A stretch of 64,000 nt of DNA from an uncultured Bacillales bacterium (GCA_946405105.1 CAMJFY010000007.1:882-64881); one strand, 5' to 3'. Positions 16,894 through 28,300 are shown, counted from the first letter of the stretch. Made by a program: numbers and translations. Notes: generated by a model from the letters alone, not told the origin.

Positions 16894-18201
16894 ATGTACT
16901 TTCAAAAAGATTTTGAATGTATGCCTAGAGCTGATTTGACTAAATTACAAAGTCAAAGATTAGTTAATCAGGTAAAATATGTATATGAAAATGTAGAATG
17001 CTACAGAAAAAGAATGGATTATGCTGGAGTTAAACCAGAGGATATAAAAGGAATTGAAGATTTAAAAAAGCTTCCTTTTACATATAAATCTGATTTAAGA
17101 GATTATTATCCTTATGGATTATTTGCTAGACCATTAACTGATATAGTAGAATTACATGCTTCAAGTGGTACAACTGGTAAAAGAATAGTTGTAGGATACA
17201 CTAAAAATGATTTAGACATGTGGGCTGGATGTGCAGCTCGTATGTTATCAGCTATAGGTGCAACATCTGATGATATTATTCAGGTTGCATATGGCTATGG
17301 CTTATTCACTGGTGGATTTGGACTTCATTACGGTGCTGAAAAAATGGGATTAACTGTAATTCCTATTTCTTCAGGTAATACTGAACGTCAAATTGAAACA
17401 ATGATTGATTTTAAAGCTACAATCCTAGCTTGTACACCATCTTATGCTCTTTATTTAGCAGAAACTGCTGAAAAAATGGGTGTAGTAGATCAGCTAAAGC
17501 TAAAAGCTGGTATCTTTGGTGCCGAGCCTTGGACTGAAGAAATGAGAAAGCAAATTGAAGAAAAATTACACATTAAGGCATATGATATTTATGGATTAAC
17601 TGAAATAGTTGGTCCTGGTGTTGCATTTGAATGTGACCACCAAAGTGGAATGCATGTTAATGAAGACCACTTCATTGTTGAAGTAATTGACCCAGAAACA
17701 TTAGAGCCTATCACTGAAGAAGGCGCTGTAGGTGAATTAGTATTCTCTACAATTGATAGAGAAGGAGCGCCTTTATTAAGATATAGAACAAGAGATTTGG
17801 GTGTCGTTATTAAAACGCCTTGTAAATGTGGTAGAAAATTCGTTAGATTAAGTAAGCCAAAGGGAAGATCTGATGATATGCTAATCATTAGAGGTGTAAA
17901 TGTATTCCCATCTCAAATCGAAGGTGTATTATTACAATATTGTGATAAAGGTATTACAGCAAATTATCAAATTGTTGTTGATAGATTAAATAACAATGAT
18001 ACATTAGATGTATTTGTTGAAATGGCACCAGATCTATTTGCTGATGATATGGCATCTATTGAAAGATTACAAAAGCAATTAGTAGATAAATTAAGAAGTG
18101 TTTTAGGTATTGGAGCTAAGGTTACATTAGTTAACCCTAATTCAATAGCTAGAAGCGAAGGAAAAGCAAAAAGAGTAATAGATAAGAGAAAATTAGTATA
18201 A
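16894..18201 (+). CDS. paaK: phenylacetate-CoA ligase (PaaK family)
   Basis: SSGTTGKRIVV AMP-binding box. About 435 aa with the typical PaaK N-terminus (ECMPRADLTKLQSQRL). Confidence 0.8.
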   Translation: MYFQKDFECMPRADLTKLQSQRLVNQVKYVYENVECYRKRMDYAGVKPEDIKGIEDLKKLPFTYKSDLRDYYPYGLFARPLTDIVELHASSGTTGKRIVVGYTKNDLDMWAGCAARMLSAIGATSDDIIQVAYGYGLFTGGFGLHYGAEKMGLTVIPISSGNTERQIETMIDFKATILACTPSYALYLAETAEKMGVVDQLKLKAGIFGAEPWTEEMRKQIEEKLHIKAYDIYGLTEIVGPGVAFECDHQSGMHVNEDHFIVEVIDPETLEPITEEGAVGELVFSTIDREGAPLLRYRTRDLGVVIKTPCKCGRKFVRLSKPKGRSDDMLIIRGVNVFPSQIEGVLLQYCDKGITANYQIVVDRLNNNDTLDVFVEMAPDLFADDMASIERLQKQLVDKLRSVLGIGAKVTLVNPNSIARSEGKAKRVIDKRKLV

Positions 18202-18213
18202 GGAGGACTTTTT

Positions 18214-18612
18214 ATGGTTGTTAAGCAATTATCAATTTTCGTAGAAAATAAAGCAGGAGCAATAGCTCATATAACTAATTTATTAGGTAAAAACAATATT
18301 AATATTAGATCACTACAAATCGCTGATTCTGCTGATTTTGGTATCTTAAGATTAATTGTTGATGATGTTAATAAGGCATTAGAATTAGTTAAAGCTGAAA
18401 ATTATACTGCAAAATTAACAGATGTAATTAGTGTTGTAGTTCCTGATAAGCCAAATGGTTTAAATGAATTATTAAGAATATTAACTGAAAATAATATAGA
18501 AATTGATTATTTATATGTATTCTTAGGTAAAAACAATCTTGGAGCTCAAGCAATATTAAAGTCTCCAAATATTGAAGAGGTTGAAACCTTATTATTAAAT
18601 AATTATTACTAG
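18214..18612 (+). CDS. ACT-domain protein
   Basis: Two ACT-like repeats (QLSIFVENKAGAIAHITNLLGKNNINI). It holds the usual position after paaK in ior-paaK clusters. Confidence 0.65.
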   Translation: MVVKQLSIFVENKAGAIAHITNLLGKNNINIRSLQIADSADFGILRLIVDDVNKALELVKAENYTAKLTDVISVVVPDKPNGLNELLRILTENNIEIDYLYVFLGKNNLGAQAILKSPNIEEVETLLLNNYY

Positions 18613-18633
18613 GATTTATTGTAGGAGAAAGAA

Positions 18634-20268
18634 ATGACTATTGTTGATTTATTAGAAAAGAACGCTAAAGAATATCCTAATGAAGAATGTCTAGTTGAAT
18701 TAAATCCCCAAATTGTACCTGAACAATATAAAACATGGAGAGAATATTCATTAGTTGAACCAACTTTAGCAAAGGAATATAGAAGAAGTATCACATGGAA
18801 GGAATTTGATGATACTGCAAATAGATTCGCTAATCTATTAAAGGATAAAGGAATTGTAAGAGGTAATAAGGTTGCAATTCTTTTAATGAATTCATTAGAA
18901 TGGCTACCAATTTATTTTGGTATTCTAAAGCTTGGTGCCCTAGCTGTACCAATGAATTATAGATATACATCTGATGAAATCAAGTATTGTCTTGATTTAG
19001 CAGATTGTAATGCATTAGTATTCGGACCTGAATTTATTGGTAGAGTAGAGCCAATTGCTGACCATACTCCACTTGTTAAAACATTAATATTTGTTGGAGA
19101 TGCATATGTACCATTTGCAGATCATTATGATCAAATCATCAATAATTATCCTGCAACTAAGCTAGATGTTAAATTAGATGAGGATGATGAAGCTGCAATC
19201 TATTTCTCAAGTGGTACTACAGGATTCCCTAAAGCAATCTTACATTTACATAGAGCATTAATATCTTCTTGTAAGTGGGAACAAAAACACCATGGTCAAC
19301 AAAAGAATGATGTATTCTTATGTATTCCACCACTTTACCATACAGGTGCTAAGATGCACTGGTTTGGTAGCTTAATTTCACAATCTAAGGCAGTAATTCT
19401 AAAGGGTATTAAGCCTGAATGGATTATGTCAGCAATTAGTGAAGAAAAATGTACAATTGTATGGTTATTAGTACCTTGGGCTCAAGATATATTAGACGCA
19501 ATTGATAGAGGAGATATTGATTTAAAGAAATATAATACTGATCAATTAAGATTAATGCATATTGGTGCTCAACCTGTTCCACCATCATTAGTACAAAGAT
19601 GGCTACGTGTATTCCCTAATCAGCAATATGATACAAATTACGGATTATCGGAATCAATTGGACCTGGTTGTGTACATCTAGGTGTTGAAAACACAGACCA
19701 TGTTGGAGCAATTGGTGTTCCAGGATACATGTGGGAAGTAAAAATCATGGACGGAGACAAAGAGGTTACTGAGCCTGAGGCTGTAGGTGAGCTTTGTGTT
19801 AAGGGTCCTGGTGTAATGGTATGTTATTACAAGAATAAGGAAGCAACTGATGAAGTATTAAAGGATGGATGGCTATATACAGGTGATATGGCTAAGCGTG
19901 ATAAGGATGGATTTATTTATCTAGTTGATAGAAAGAAAGACGTTATTATCACTGGTGGTGAAAACCTATATCCAGTTCAAATTGAAGACTTCATTAGAAA
20001 GCATGATAAGGTAAAGGACGTTGCTGTTATTGGTCTTCCAGATGAAAGACTTGGTGAAATTGCATTCGCAATCGTAGAACCAAAGGATGGAATGACATTA
20101 ACAGTTGAAGAAATTGAAAAATTCACATTTGATTTACCAAGATATAAGAGACCTAGAAAGATTGTAATCGCTAGTGTTCCAAGAAACGCTACTGGTAAGA
20201 TTGAAAAGCCAAAGCTAAGAGAAAAATATATTGGAAAATCATTAGTTCAAATCCAAATTGAAAAATAA
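18634..20268 (+). CDS. AMP-dependent acyl-CoA synthetase/ligase (class I adenylate-forming enzyme)
   Basis: YFSSGTTGFPKA, YGLSES, TGDMAKRDKDGFIYLVDRKKD and GKIEKPKLRE boxes. Confidence 0.85.
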   Translation: MTIVDLLEKNAKEYPNEECLVELNPQIVPEQYKTWREYSLVEPTLAKEYRRSITWKEFDDTANRFANLLKDKGIVRGNKVAILLMNSLEWLPIYFGILKLGALAVPMNYRYTSDEIKYCLDLADCNALVFGPEFIGRVEPIADHTPLVKTLIFVGDAYVPFADHYDQIINNYPATKLDVKLDEDDEAAIYFSSGTTGFPKAILHLHRALISSCKWEQKHHGQQKNDVFLCIPPLYHTGAKMHWFGSLISQSKAVILKGIKPEWIMSAISEEKCTIVWLLVPWAQDILDAIDRGDIDLKKYNTDQLRLMHIGAQPVPPSLVQRWLRVFPNQQYDTNYGLSESIGPGCVHLGVENTDHVGAIGVPGYMWEVKIMDGDKEVTEPEAVGELCVKGPGVMVCYYKNKEATDEVLKDGWLYTGDMAKRDKDGFIYLVDRKKDVIITGGENLYPVQIEDFIRKHDKVKDVAVIGLPDERLGEIAFAIVEPKDGMTLTVEEIEKFTFDLPRYKRPRKIVIASVPRNATGKIEKPKLREKYIGKSLVQIQIEK

Positions 20269-20278
20269 AAATAAAATT

Positions 20279-20305
20279 GGTGCTATATTATTAGCACCTT
20301 TTTTA
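20279..20305 (+). terminator. rho-independent terminator
   Basis: GGTGCTA tattat TAGCACC TTTTTT. Confidence 0.7.
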
Positions 20306-20379
20306 ATTTTTTTATATCATATCCATAAAATTATATGATACAATAAACATAGTGTTTGTTTTATAGGAGGGCTTATTAT

Positions 20380-22008
20380 ATGGATCTTGCAATCAAGATA
20401 CTATTTATTGCTATTTTCTTTGCTGCAACAATCTTTATTGGATTCTATTGTAGAAAGAAAGCAACGAATTCTAATGACTTCGTTTTAGGCGGAAGAAACG
20501 TTGGTCCATGGCTATCAGCATTTGCTTATGGTACATCATATTTCTCTGCCGTAATATTTATCGGCTACGCCGGTTCATTTGGTTGGGCATTCGGTGTTTC
20601 AGCATTCTGGATTGGTATAGGTAATGCATTAATTGGTTCATGGCTAGCATGGGCATTACTTGGAAGAAAAACTAGAATAATGACACAGCATTTAAATTCA
20701 TCAACAATGCCTGATTTCTTTGCAAAAAGATTTAATTCAGAAGGGTTAAGAATATTTGCTGCTGTAATTATATTTATATTCTTAATTCCATATACAGCTG
20801 CATTATATAATGGATTATCTTATTTATTTAATGTAACATTCTCAACATCTGTTCCATATTGGGTATGGATTTTAATAATCTCTGTAGCTACAGGATTATA
20901 TGTTATTATCGGTGGTTTAATGTCAACAGCACTTAATTCATTCGTTCAAGGATTAATTATGCTTGTAGGTATTGCATTAGTTGTAATCTTTGCATTAAAC
21001 AAGAATGGTGGATTAATGGGTTCATTTGAAGCATTAGCTGGTAAAGGATGGGAATTTGCGTCTCTATTTGGACCAGATCCAGTACATTTAATATTTGTAG
21101 TATTATTAACATCACTTGGTTGTTGGGGCTTACCTCAAATGGTTGGTAAATTCTATTCTATTAAGAATGAAAACCAAATCAGAAAGGGTTCAGTTATTTC
21201 TACAGCATTCGCAATTATCGTTGCTGGTGGTTGTTATTTCTTAGGTGGTTTCGCAAGAATATTTGCTGAAACTAAGAGCTCAACAGTAATTGCTCAAATG
21301 GTTGCACAATTACCAATGGTAGTAGTTGCTATAGTTATTGTATTAGTTTTAGCAGCTTCAATGTCTACTTTATCAGGATTAGTTCATACATCTGCCGCTA
21401 CAGTAACATTTGACCTATTGGATAGAAAGAAGACAATGCCTGAAAAGAAGAAAATGACTTGGTTAAGAGTATTAGTTGTAGTATTTATTATTGTAAGTGC
21501 TGCATTAGCTATATTCCAAGTATATGGACCTGCAAATTTAACTAAGGATATCGCATCATTAATGGGTATTTCTTGGGGTGCTATTTCAGGTGCATTCATT
21601 GGACCATTCTTCTATGGATTATATTGGAAGAGAACAACTAAGGCATCTGTATATGTATCATTCATTTGTGGTGTTACAATTGCAGTAGTAGGTTTAATTT
21701 TAAGCTTAGCTGGTGTTCATCCACAAATTAAGTCAACAAGTGCCGGATTTAATATCCTATGGTTTGATTTCTCAGATTCAATTTATATGGGTGTTCTTGC
21801 AATGGTATCAAGTTTTATTATTGTACCAGTTGTATCAGCATTCACTAAGAAGCCAGAAAACGTAGAAGATATTTTCAAATGCTACAATCAAAAGGTTGTT
21901 GTTACATCTGATGTAGCCTTAACAGAAACTAACCCAGAATTAAAAGAAGAAAGAATTCCTGCAGAGGAAGCAGCTGAAGAAGCAGCTAGCTATTCTGAAA
22001 CAGAATAA
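20380..22008 (+). CDS. sodium:solute symporter family (SSF) transporter
   Basis: AGGAGGG precedes ATG 20380. It has about 13 hydrophobic segments and an SSF-like N-terminus (FVLGGRNVGPWLSAFAYGTSYFSA). Confidence 0.8.
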   Translation: MDLAIKILFIAIFFAATIFIGFYCRKKATNSNDFVLGGRNVGPWLSAFAYGTSYFSAVIFIGYAGSFGWAFGVSAFWIGIGNALIGSWLAWALLGRKTRIMTQHLNSSTMPDFFAKRFNSEGLRIFAAVIIFIFLIPYTAALYNGLSYLFNVTFSTSVPYWVWILIISVATGLYVIIGGLMSTALNSFVQGLIMLVGIALVVIFALNKNGGLMGSFEALAGKGWEFASLFGPDPVHLIFVVLLTSLGCWGLPQMVGKFYSIKNENQIRKGSVISTAFAIIVAGGCYFLGGFARIFAETKSSTVIAQMVAQLPMVVVAIVIVLVLAASMSTLSGLVHTSAATVTFDLLDRKKTMPEKKKMTWLRVLVVVFIIVSAALAIFQVYGPANLTKDIASLMGISWGAISGAFIGPFFYGLYWKRTTKASVYVSFICGVTIAVVGLILSLAGVHPQIKSTSAGFNILWFDFSDSIYMGVLAMVSSFIIVPVVSAFTKKPENVEDIFKCYNQKVVVTSDVALTETNPELKEERIPAEEAAEEAASYSETE

Positions 22009-22028
22009 TTTAAAATAATAGGTTGTAT

Positions 22029-22460
22029 ATGGCTATAACAAATTGTCCAAACTGTGGAGCACGTTATTCTGCAGATAAATTATTTTGTGAATATTGTGGT
22101 ACAAGAAAAGTTTCTGAGAAGGTTGTTGAAAAGGAGCACAAAGCTGAACCCAAAAATCAAGGTAATAGGGTAAATATTACATTCCCTGTTATTCCTGGAA
22201 AGCTATTAATTAATTGCGCAAGAATAGAAGCGTTTGTTAAAAATGTTAAAGTATATGAGGGTGGCTTCGAAATTGCGACTTCAACATTTGAATTAAGTGA
22301 GCCATCAACATTATCAATAAAAATATCAAGATGGCCTGAAAAAACATTTAAATATCCAATTGAGCCTGGTAAAAACTACGAATTAGTTTTAAGAGTGGCA
22401 GATAGTGGATATGGCTTTGATGTTGATTTTAAACAAAAAATAGACATTATTAAGATTTAG
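22029..22460 (+). CDS. zinc-ribbon domain protein
   Basis: CPNCGARYSADKLFCEYCG at the N-terminus, followed by a roughly 100-aa beta-rich domain. Confidence 0.55.
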   Translation: MAITNCPNCGARYSADKLFCEYCGTRKVSEKVVEKEHKAEPKNQGNRVNITFPVIPGKLLINCARIEAFVKNVKVYEGGFEIATSTFELSEPSTLSIKISRWPEKTFKYPIEPGKNYELVLRVADSGYGFDVDFKQKIDIIKI

Positions 22461-22486
22461 ATCCTATGAAAATAGGGTCTTTTTTA
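22459..22486 (+). terminator. rho-independent terminator
   Basis: AGATCCTA tgaaaa TAGGGTCT TTTTT. Confidence 0.7.
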
Positions 22487-22677
22487 ATTATAAAAATTTT
22501 TTATAATTTCAATTTTTTTCGAAAAATCATAATGTTCGTATTGCTTTATTTTTTAGTTTGGAATCTAACAAGCTACTTTTTTATAAAAATGTTGATTTTT
22601 AGCCATTTTATTGCCAAAAATACCTCATTTTACAAACTTATTTTTTAGGTATATAATGCAAAAAATGAGGTACGAAA

Positions 22678-23631
22678 ATGACATTAAACACAAGAATTGA
22701 TAAAGATGGAATAACAAAAAAATATTTAGGAAAAAATGATGTATTTGCAGATTTATTTAATTATTATTTGTATGATGGAAAACAAATAATAGATAAAAAC
22801 AATTTAGTTGATGTAGATACAAATTTAATAATTAATAATCCAAATGATATTAAGAGGGTTAGAGATATTTATAAAAGAGTTGAAATCAAAAAAGATAATA
22901 ACACAACATATTTATTACTTGGGATTGAAAATCAAACATCTAATTTAAATGGAATGGTATTAAGAAATCTATTATATGATGTCATGAGCTATGATAAGCA
23001 AGCACTAGATATTGTAAATTCTAAAAATAATGATACAATAAAATCAAAGAGGGGATATCATTATAAAGATTTATCATTAAATGATAAACTAAGTCCAGTA
23101 ATAACATTAGTTGTTTATTTCAACCATAAGAAATGGAGTGGACACAAAAGATTTATAGATATGATAAACGTATCTTCTCCAGCAATGAAAGAATATATAA
23201 TTGACTATAAGCTAAATATAATAGAGCCTAATTTTATGACAGATGATGATTTTAATAAATTCAAAACTGAAATAGGATTAGTATTAGAGTCAGTTAAATA
23301 TTCAAATGATAAAAAAATGTTTCTAACAACAATTCAAAATAAAATGAATTATAAAAATATGAATGTAGATACAGCTGATTTCATTAAATCGGTAGTAAAT
23401 CTAGATTTAGAATATGAAGAAAAGGATGGTAAGATAAATATGTGTAAAGCAATAGAAGACTTAAAGAAAGACTGGAAGGCTGAAGGTAAAACTGAGGGTA
23501 TAGAGCTTGGTAAAACTGAAGCTTTAAATCAAAGTATACAAACAATGCATACTAATGGATTTGATGAAAACACAATCGCAAGAGCATTAAGCTTAGATCC
23601 TAAATATGTAAAGGAAGTATTAGCAAAATAG
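22678..23631 (+). CDS. Rpn-family recombination-promoting nuclease / putative transposase (YhgA-like, PD-(D/E)xK)
   Basis: N-terminus KNDVFADLFNYYLYDG. Core LLLGIENQTSNLNGMVLRNLLY. The C-terminal EGKTEGIELGKTEALNQSI helix is typical of the family. Confidence 0.7.
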   Translation: MTLNTRIDKDGITKKYLGKNDVFADLFNYYLYDGKQIIDKNNLVDVDTNLIINNPNDIKRVRDIYKRVEIKKDNNTTYLLLGIENQTSNLNGMVLRNLLYDVMSYDKQALDIVNSKNNDTIKSKRGYHYKDLSLNDKLSPVITLVVYFNHKKWSGHKRFIDMINVSSPAMKEYIIDYKLNIIEPNFMTDDDFNKFKTEIGLVLESVKYSNDKKMFLTTIQNKMNYKNMNVDTADFIKSVVNLDLEYEEKDGKINMCKAIEDLKKDWKAEGKTEGIELGKTEALNQSIQTMHTNGFDENTIARALSLDPKYVKEVLAK

Positions 23632-23640
23632 TACTACATG

Positions 23641-23672
23641 AGCCTTGCTATTAAATTAGCAGGGCTTTTATT
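23641..23672 (+). terminator. rho-independent terminator
   Basis: AGCCTTGCTA ttaaat TAGCAGGGCT TTTAT. Confidence 0.7.
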
Positions 23673-23834
23673 ACGCTCATCTATACCACATTTTTCAGTG
23701 TTTAGTTTCATAAATCGATTAAAAATAAAAAAAATATTAGATCAAAATATCCTTATAACTACGCCATTTTATCTACTTCACTTTAATCAGCGTTTCTTAT
23801 TGTGAAAAAAGCAAAAAAATTTTTAATTATTTTA

Positions 23835-23862
23835 TTGACATAGGATTTAATTTTGGTATAAT
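23835..23862 (+). promoter_or_regulatory. str-operon promoter
   Basis: TTGACA 23835-23840, a 16-nt spacer, then the extended -10 TGgTATAAT ending at 23862. Confidence 0.7.
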
Positions 23863-23943
23863 TAAAACGCTGTTTAGAATTTTTTGACAATTATTTGTCG
23901 TTGAACAGATAGAAGTTGTATAAGTGAAAGGAGAAATTTATTT

Positions 23944-24363
23944 ATGCCAACTATAGAACAATTAGTACGTAATGGAAGAAAGGACAAAGTTTCAAAGTCT
24001 AAGTCACCAAGCTTAGGAATTGGCTTTAATACTTTAGAGAAGAAGTATACTAAGATTCCTTCACCTCAAAAACGTGGTGTTTGTACTCGTGTTACTACAA
24101 TGACACCTAAGAAGCCTAACTCAGCTTTAAGAAAGTATGCCAGAGTTCGTTTAACAAATGGTATGGAAGTTACAGCTTATATTCCTGGTGTAGGACATAG
24201 CTTACAAGAGCACAGTACTGTACTTATTCGTGGTGGACGTGTTAAGGATCTACCAGGTGTTCGTTATCATATCATTCGTGGTACATTAGATACTACAGGT
24301 GTTGCTAACAGAATGCAAGCTCGTTCTAAATATGGTGCTAAGAAGCCAAAAGCATCTAAGTAA
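23944..24363 (+). CDS. rpsL: 30S ribosomal protein S12
   Basis: [12 protein letters not shown]...[19 protein letters not shown] is unmistakable. Confidence 0.98.
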   Translation: MPTIEQLVRNGRKDKVSKSKSPSLGIGFNTLEKKYTKIPSPQKRGVCTRVTTMTPKKPNSALRKYARVRLTNGMEVTAYIPGVGHSLQEHSTVLIRGGRVKDLPGVRYHIIRGTLDTTGVANRMQARSKYGAKKPKASK

Positions 24364-24424
24364 TATTTAGAATTAATTAATTTATAAAAATTATCTTATT
24401 AAATAAAACAAGGAGGAAACGATT

Positions 24425-24895
24425 ATGCCTCGTAAAGGACATATTGCAAAAAGAGACGTGCTTCCTGATCCAATTTACAACTCAAAGGTTGTAACAAGAA
24501 CAATCAACGCTATTATGCTTGATGGTAAGAAGGGAACAGCACAAACAATTTTATACGGTGCTCTTGATAGAGTTAAAGAACAAACTGGTCAAGATCCACT
24601 AGAAGTATTTAATAAAGCATTAGAAAACATCGCCCCAACACTAGAGGTTAAGAGCCGTCGTATTGGTGGTCAAAATTATCAAGTACCAGTTGAAGTTAGA
24701 CCTGAAAGAAAGCAAACTTTAGCATTAAGATGGTTAGTTAAGTATTCACGTTTAAGAAGTGATAAGACTATGGAAGAAAAGCTAGCTAAGGAAATCATTG
24801 ATGCTTCTAACAATTTAGGTGGAGCTTGTAAGAAGAGAGAAGAAACACTTAAGATGGCAGAAGCTAATAAGGCATTTGCACATTACCGTTGGTAA
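24425..24895 (+). CDS. rpsG: 30S ribosomal protein S7
   Basis: [20 protein letters not shown]...NKAFAHYRW. Confidence 0.98.
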   Translation: MPRKGHIAKRDVLPDPIYNSKVVTRTINAIMLDGKKGTAQTILYGALDRVKEQTGQDPLEVFNKALENIAPTLEVKSRRIGGQNYQVPVEVRPERKQTLALRWLVKYSRLRSDKTMEEKLAKEIIDASNNLGGACKKREETLKMAEANKAFAHYRW

Positions 24896-24913
24896 TTTTA
24901 GGAGAAAACTACA

Positions 24914-26980
24914 ATGGCAAGAGAATACTCATTAGACAAAACTAGAAATATCGGTATCATGGCTCACATTGATGCTGGTAAGACTACAACTACAGAACGT
25001 ATCTTATTCTTAACTAAGAAGATTCATAAGATTGGTGAAACACATGATGGTGCTGCCACTATGGACTGGATGGCTCAAGAGCAAGAGCGTGGTATAACAA
25101 TTACATCAGCTGCAACAACTGCTGTATGGAAGGGTTATAGAATTAATATTATCGATACTCCAGGTCACGTTGACTTTACTGTTGAAGTTGCTCGTTCACT
25201 TCGTGTACTAGATGGTGCTGTAACAGTATTAGATGGTCAAGCTGGTGTTGAGCCTCAAACTGAAACAGTTTGGAGACAAGCTACAGACTACAGCGTACCT
25301 CGTATTGTATTCGTTAACAAGATGGATAAGATTGGTGCTGATTTCGAATATTCAGTAAACACTATCCATGAAAGATTAGGTGCTACAGCAGCAGCTGTAC
25401 AATGGCCAATTGGTTCAGAAGCTGATTTCAAGGGTCATGTTGACTTAATCGAAATGAAGGCTTACATCTTCGATGGTGGAGATGAAGAAAAGGCTACAGT
25501 TACAGATATTCCAGCTGATATGGTTGATATTTGTAATGAAAAGAGAGAATTATTAATTGATACTATCTCTCAATTTGATGATGATTTAGCTATGAAGTAT
25601 CTTGAAGGTGAAGAAATCACTGAAGAAGAAATCAAGGCAGTTATTAGAAAAGCTACATTAAAGGTAGAATTCTTCCCTGTTCTTTGTGGTTCAGCATTCA
25701 AGAACGTTGGTGTATCAAGAGTTCTAGACTATGTTTTAGAGTTCTTACCAAACCCAACTGAAGTTTTAACTAACAAGGCTGAAGATTCAGAAGGTAATTC
25801 AATTGATATTAAAGTATCTGACGATGCTAAGTTTGCAGCACTTGCATTCAAGGTTGCAACTGACCCATTCGTTGGTAGATTAACATATTTCCGTGTATAT
25901 TCAGGACACATCACTTCAGGTTCTTATGTACAAAACACTACTAAGGGTGTTAAGGAAAGATTAGGTCGTATCATGCAAATGCATGCTAACCACCGTGAAG
26001 AAATTAAAGAAGTATATTCAGGAGATATCGCAGCTGCAATTGGTTTCAAATCAACTACAACTGGTGATACTTTAGCTGAAGAAAAATATGATATCGTATT
26101 AGAGAAGATGACATTCCCAGAGCCAGTTATCTCTGTTGCTGTTGAGCCTAAAACTAAGGCTGACCAAGATAAGATGACTCAAGCTTTAATCAAGTTAGCT
26201 GAAGAGGATCCAACATTCCGTACATTCACTAACCCTGAAACTGGTGAAACAATCATTTCTGGTATGGGTGAATTACACCTTGATATCATTGTTGACCGTA
26301 TGAAGAGAGAATTCAACGTTGAAGCAAACGTTGGTGCTCCTCAAGTTTCTTACCGTGAAACAATCACTCAAACTGGTGAGTGTGAAGGTAAGTTCGTTAG
26401 ACAATCTGGTGGACGTGGTCAATATGGTCATGTTTGGGTAAGATTTAGTCCAAATCCTGAAAAGGGTTATGAATTCGTTGATTCAGTTGTTGGTGGAACT
26501 GTTCCAAGAGAATATATTCCAGTTGTTGATAAGGGATTACAAGAAGCTTTACCTAATGGTGTATTAGCTGGATATCCTATTATTGATGTTAAGGCTGAAT
26601 TATTTGATGGTTCTTACCATGAGGTAGACTCATCAGAAATGGCATTCAAGGTTGCTGCTTCATTAGCTGTTAAGGCTATGAAGGATAAGTGTAAGCCAGT
26701 ATTACTTGAGCCAATCATGGAAGTAGATGTAACAATTCCTGAAGAATATGTAGGAAATGTTATTGGTGACTTAACAAGCCGTCGTGGACGTCTTGATTCA
26801 CAAGAAAAGCGTGGTAATGGTATGAAGATTCGTGCTTATGTACCACTAGCAGAAATGTTCGGATATGCTACAGGCTTACGTTCTAATACACAAGGACGTG
26901 GAAACTTCGTAATGCAAATTCACCATTATGAAGCTTGTCCAAAGAGCATCCAAGAAGAAATTGTTAGCAAAAGAGCATAA
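24914..26980 (+). CDS. fusA: elongation factor G
   Basis: [23 protein letters not shown] and NKMDK GTPase boxes. 688 aa. Confidence 0.98.
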   Translation: MAREYSLDKTRNIGIMAHIDAGKTTTTERILFLTKKIHKIGETHDGAATMDWMAQEQERGITITSAATTAVWKGYRINIIDTPGHVDFTVEVARSLRVLDGAVTVLDGQAGVEPQTETVWRQATDYSVPRIVFVNKMDKIGADFEYSVNTIHERLGATAAAVQWPIGSEADFKGHVDLIEMKAYIFDGGDEEKATVTDIPADMVDICNEKRELLIDTISQFDDDLAMKYLEGEEITEEEIKAVIRKATLKVEFFPVLCGSAFKNVGVSRVLDYVLEFLPNPTEVLTNKAEDSEGNSIDIKVSDDAKFAALAFKVATDPFVGRLTYFRVYSGHITSGSYVQNTTKGVKERLGRIMQMHANHREEIKEVYSGDIAAAIGFKSTTTGDTLAEEKYDIVLEKMTFPEPVISVAVEPKTKADQDKMTQALIKLAEEDPTFRTFTNPETGETIISGMGELHLDIIVDRMKREFNVEANVGAPQVSYRETITQTGECEGKFVRQSGGRGQYGHVWVRFSPNPEKGYEFVDSVVGGTVPREYIPVVDKGLQEALPNGVLAGYPIIDVKAELFDGSYHEVDSSEMAFKVAASLAVKAMKDKCKPVLLEPIMEVDVTIPEEYVGNVIGDLTSRRGRLDSQEKRGNGMKIRAYVPLAEMFGYATGLRSNTQGRGNFVMQIHHYEACPKSIQEEIVSKRA

Positions 26981-27014
26981 TTTTAGCAATTAAGTAATAT
27001 TATTAATATATTAC

Positions 27015-27043
27015 TTGCAAACCCAAGCCAATTAGGGTAAAAT
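27015..27043 (+). promoter_or_regulatory. internal promoter ahead of tuf
   Basis: TTGCAA 27015-27020, a 17-nt spacer, TAAAAT 27038-27043. It is preceded by the hairpin AAGTAATAT...ATATTACTT. Confidence 0.55.
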
Positions 27044-27094
27044 ATTAATTGGTAATTTTGAAAATAAAAAATATATTTAGGAGGACCATTTAAA

Positions 27095-28279
27095 ATGGCA
27101 AAGGAAAAATTTAACCGTTCAAAACCACATGTTAACATTGGTACAATTGGTCACGTTGACCATGGTAAAACTACTTTAACTGCAGCTATAACTAACGTTC
27201 TTGCAAAGAAGGGTTTAGCTCAAGCTAAAGATTATAATCAAATTGATGCCGCTCCAGAAGAGAAGGAAAGAGGTATCACAATCAATACTGCACACGTTGA
27301 GTATGAAACAGCAAACAGACACTATGCACATGTTGACTGTCCAGGTCATGCTGACTACGTAAAGAACATGATTACAGGTGCTGCTCAAATGGATGGTGCT
27401 ATCTTAGTTATCGCAGCTACAGATGGACCAATGGCTCAAACTCGTGAGCACATCTTACTTGCTCGTCAAGTAGGAGTACCTAAAATTGTAGTATTCTTAA
27501 ATAAGTGTGATATGGTTGATGATGAAGAATTAATCGACCTAGTAGAAATGGAAACTAGAGATCTATTATCTGAATATGACTTCCCAGGTGATGATATTCC
27601 AGTTATCCGTGGTTCAGCTTTAAAGGCTCTTGAAGGTGATCCTAAGTGGGTTGCTAAAGTTGAAGAATTAATGGCAACAGTTGATGAATACATCCCAACT
27701 CCAGTTAGAGATAACGCTAAGCCATTCTTATTACCTATCGAAGACGTATTCACAATCACTGGTCGTGGTACAGTTGTTACTGGTAGAGTAGAAAGAGGTC
27801 AAGTAAAAGTTGGTGATTCAGTAGAAATCGTTGGTATTAAAGAAACATTAACTTCAGTTGTTACTGGTGTTGAAATGTTCCGTAAGTTATTAGACTACGC
27901 TGAAGCAGGAGATAACATTGGTGTATTATTAAGAGGTATCGACCGTGACCAAGTTCAAAGAGGTCAAGTATTAGCTAAACCTAAGTCAGTTACTCCACAT
28001 CATAAGTTCACTGCTCAAGTTTACGTATTATCAAAGGATGAAGGTGGTCGTCATACTCCATTCTTCTCTAACTATCGTCCACAATTCTATTTCCGTACTA
28101 CAGACGTTACAGGTATCATTACTTTAGCTGCTGGTACTGAAATGGTTATGCCTGGTGATAACACTACAATGACAGTTGAGTTAATTCACTCAATCGCTAT
28201 GGAACAAGGTACTAAGTTCTCTATCCGTGAAGGTGGTAGAACAGTTGGTGCTGGTTCAGTAGTTGACATTATTGAATAA
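27095..28279 (+). CDS. tuf: elongation factor Tu
   Basis: [27 protein letters not shown]. 394 aa. Confidence 0.98.
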   Translation: MAKEKFNRSKPHVNIGTIGHVDHGKTTLTAAITNVLAKKGLAQAKDYNQIDAAPEEKERGITINTAHVEYETANRHYAHVDCPGHADYVKNMITGAAQMDGAILVIAATDGPMAQTREHILLARQVGVPKIVVFLNKCDMVDDEELIDLVEMETRDLLSEYDFPGDDIPVIRGSALKALEGDPKWVAKVEELMATVDEYIPTPVRDNAKPFLLPIEDVFTITGRGTVVTGRVERGQVKVGDSVEIVGIKETLTSVVTGVEMFRKLLDYAEAGDNIGVLLRGIDRDQVQRGQVLAKPKSVTPHHKFTAQVYVLSKDEGGRHTPFFSNYRPQFYFRTTDVTGIITLAAGTEMVMPGDNTTMTVELIHSIAMEQGTKFSIREGGRTVGAGSVVDIIE

Positions 28280-28300
28280 TCACTGATTATAAACAAATAT

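Noticed and set aside
22466-22648. 60-aa ORF between the Zn-ribbon gene and the Rpn gene
   Set aside because: It starts inside the terminator hairpin of the upstream gene and has no SD. Its sequence is Phe/Ile/Lys-rich AT-rich intergenic/promoter DNA.
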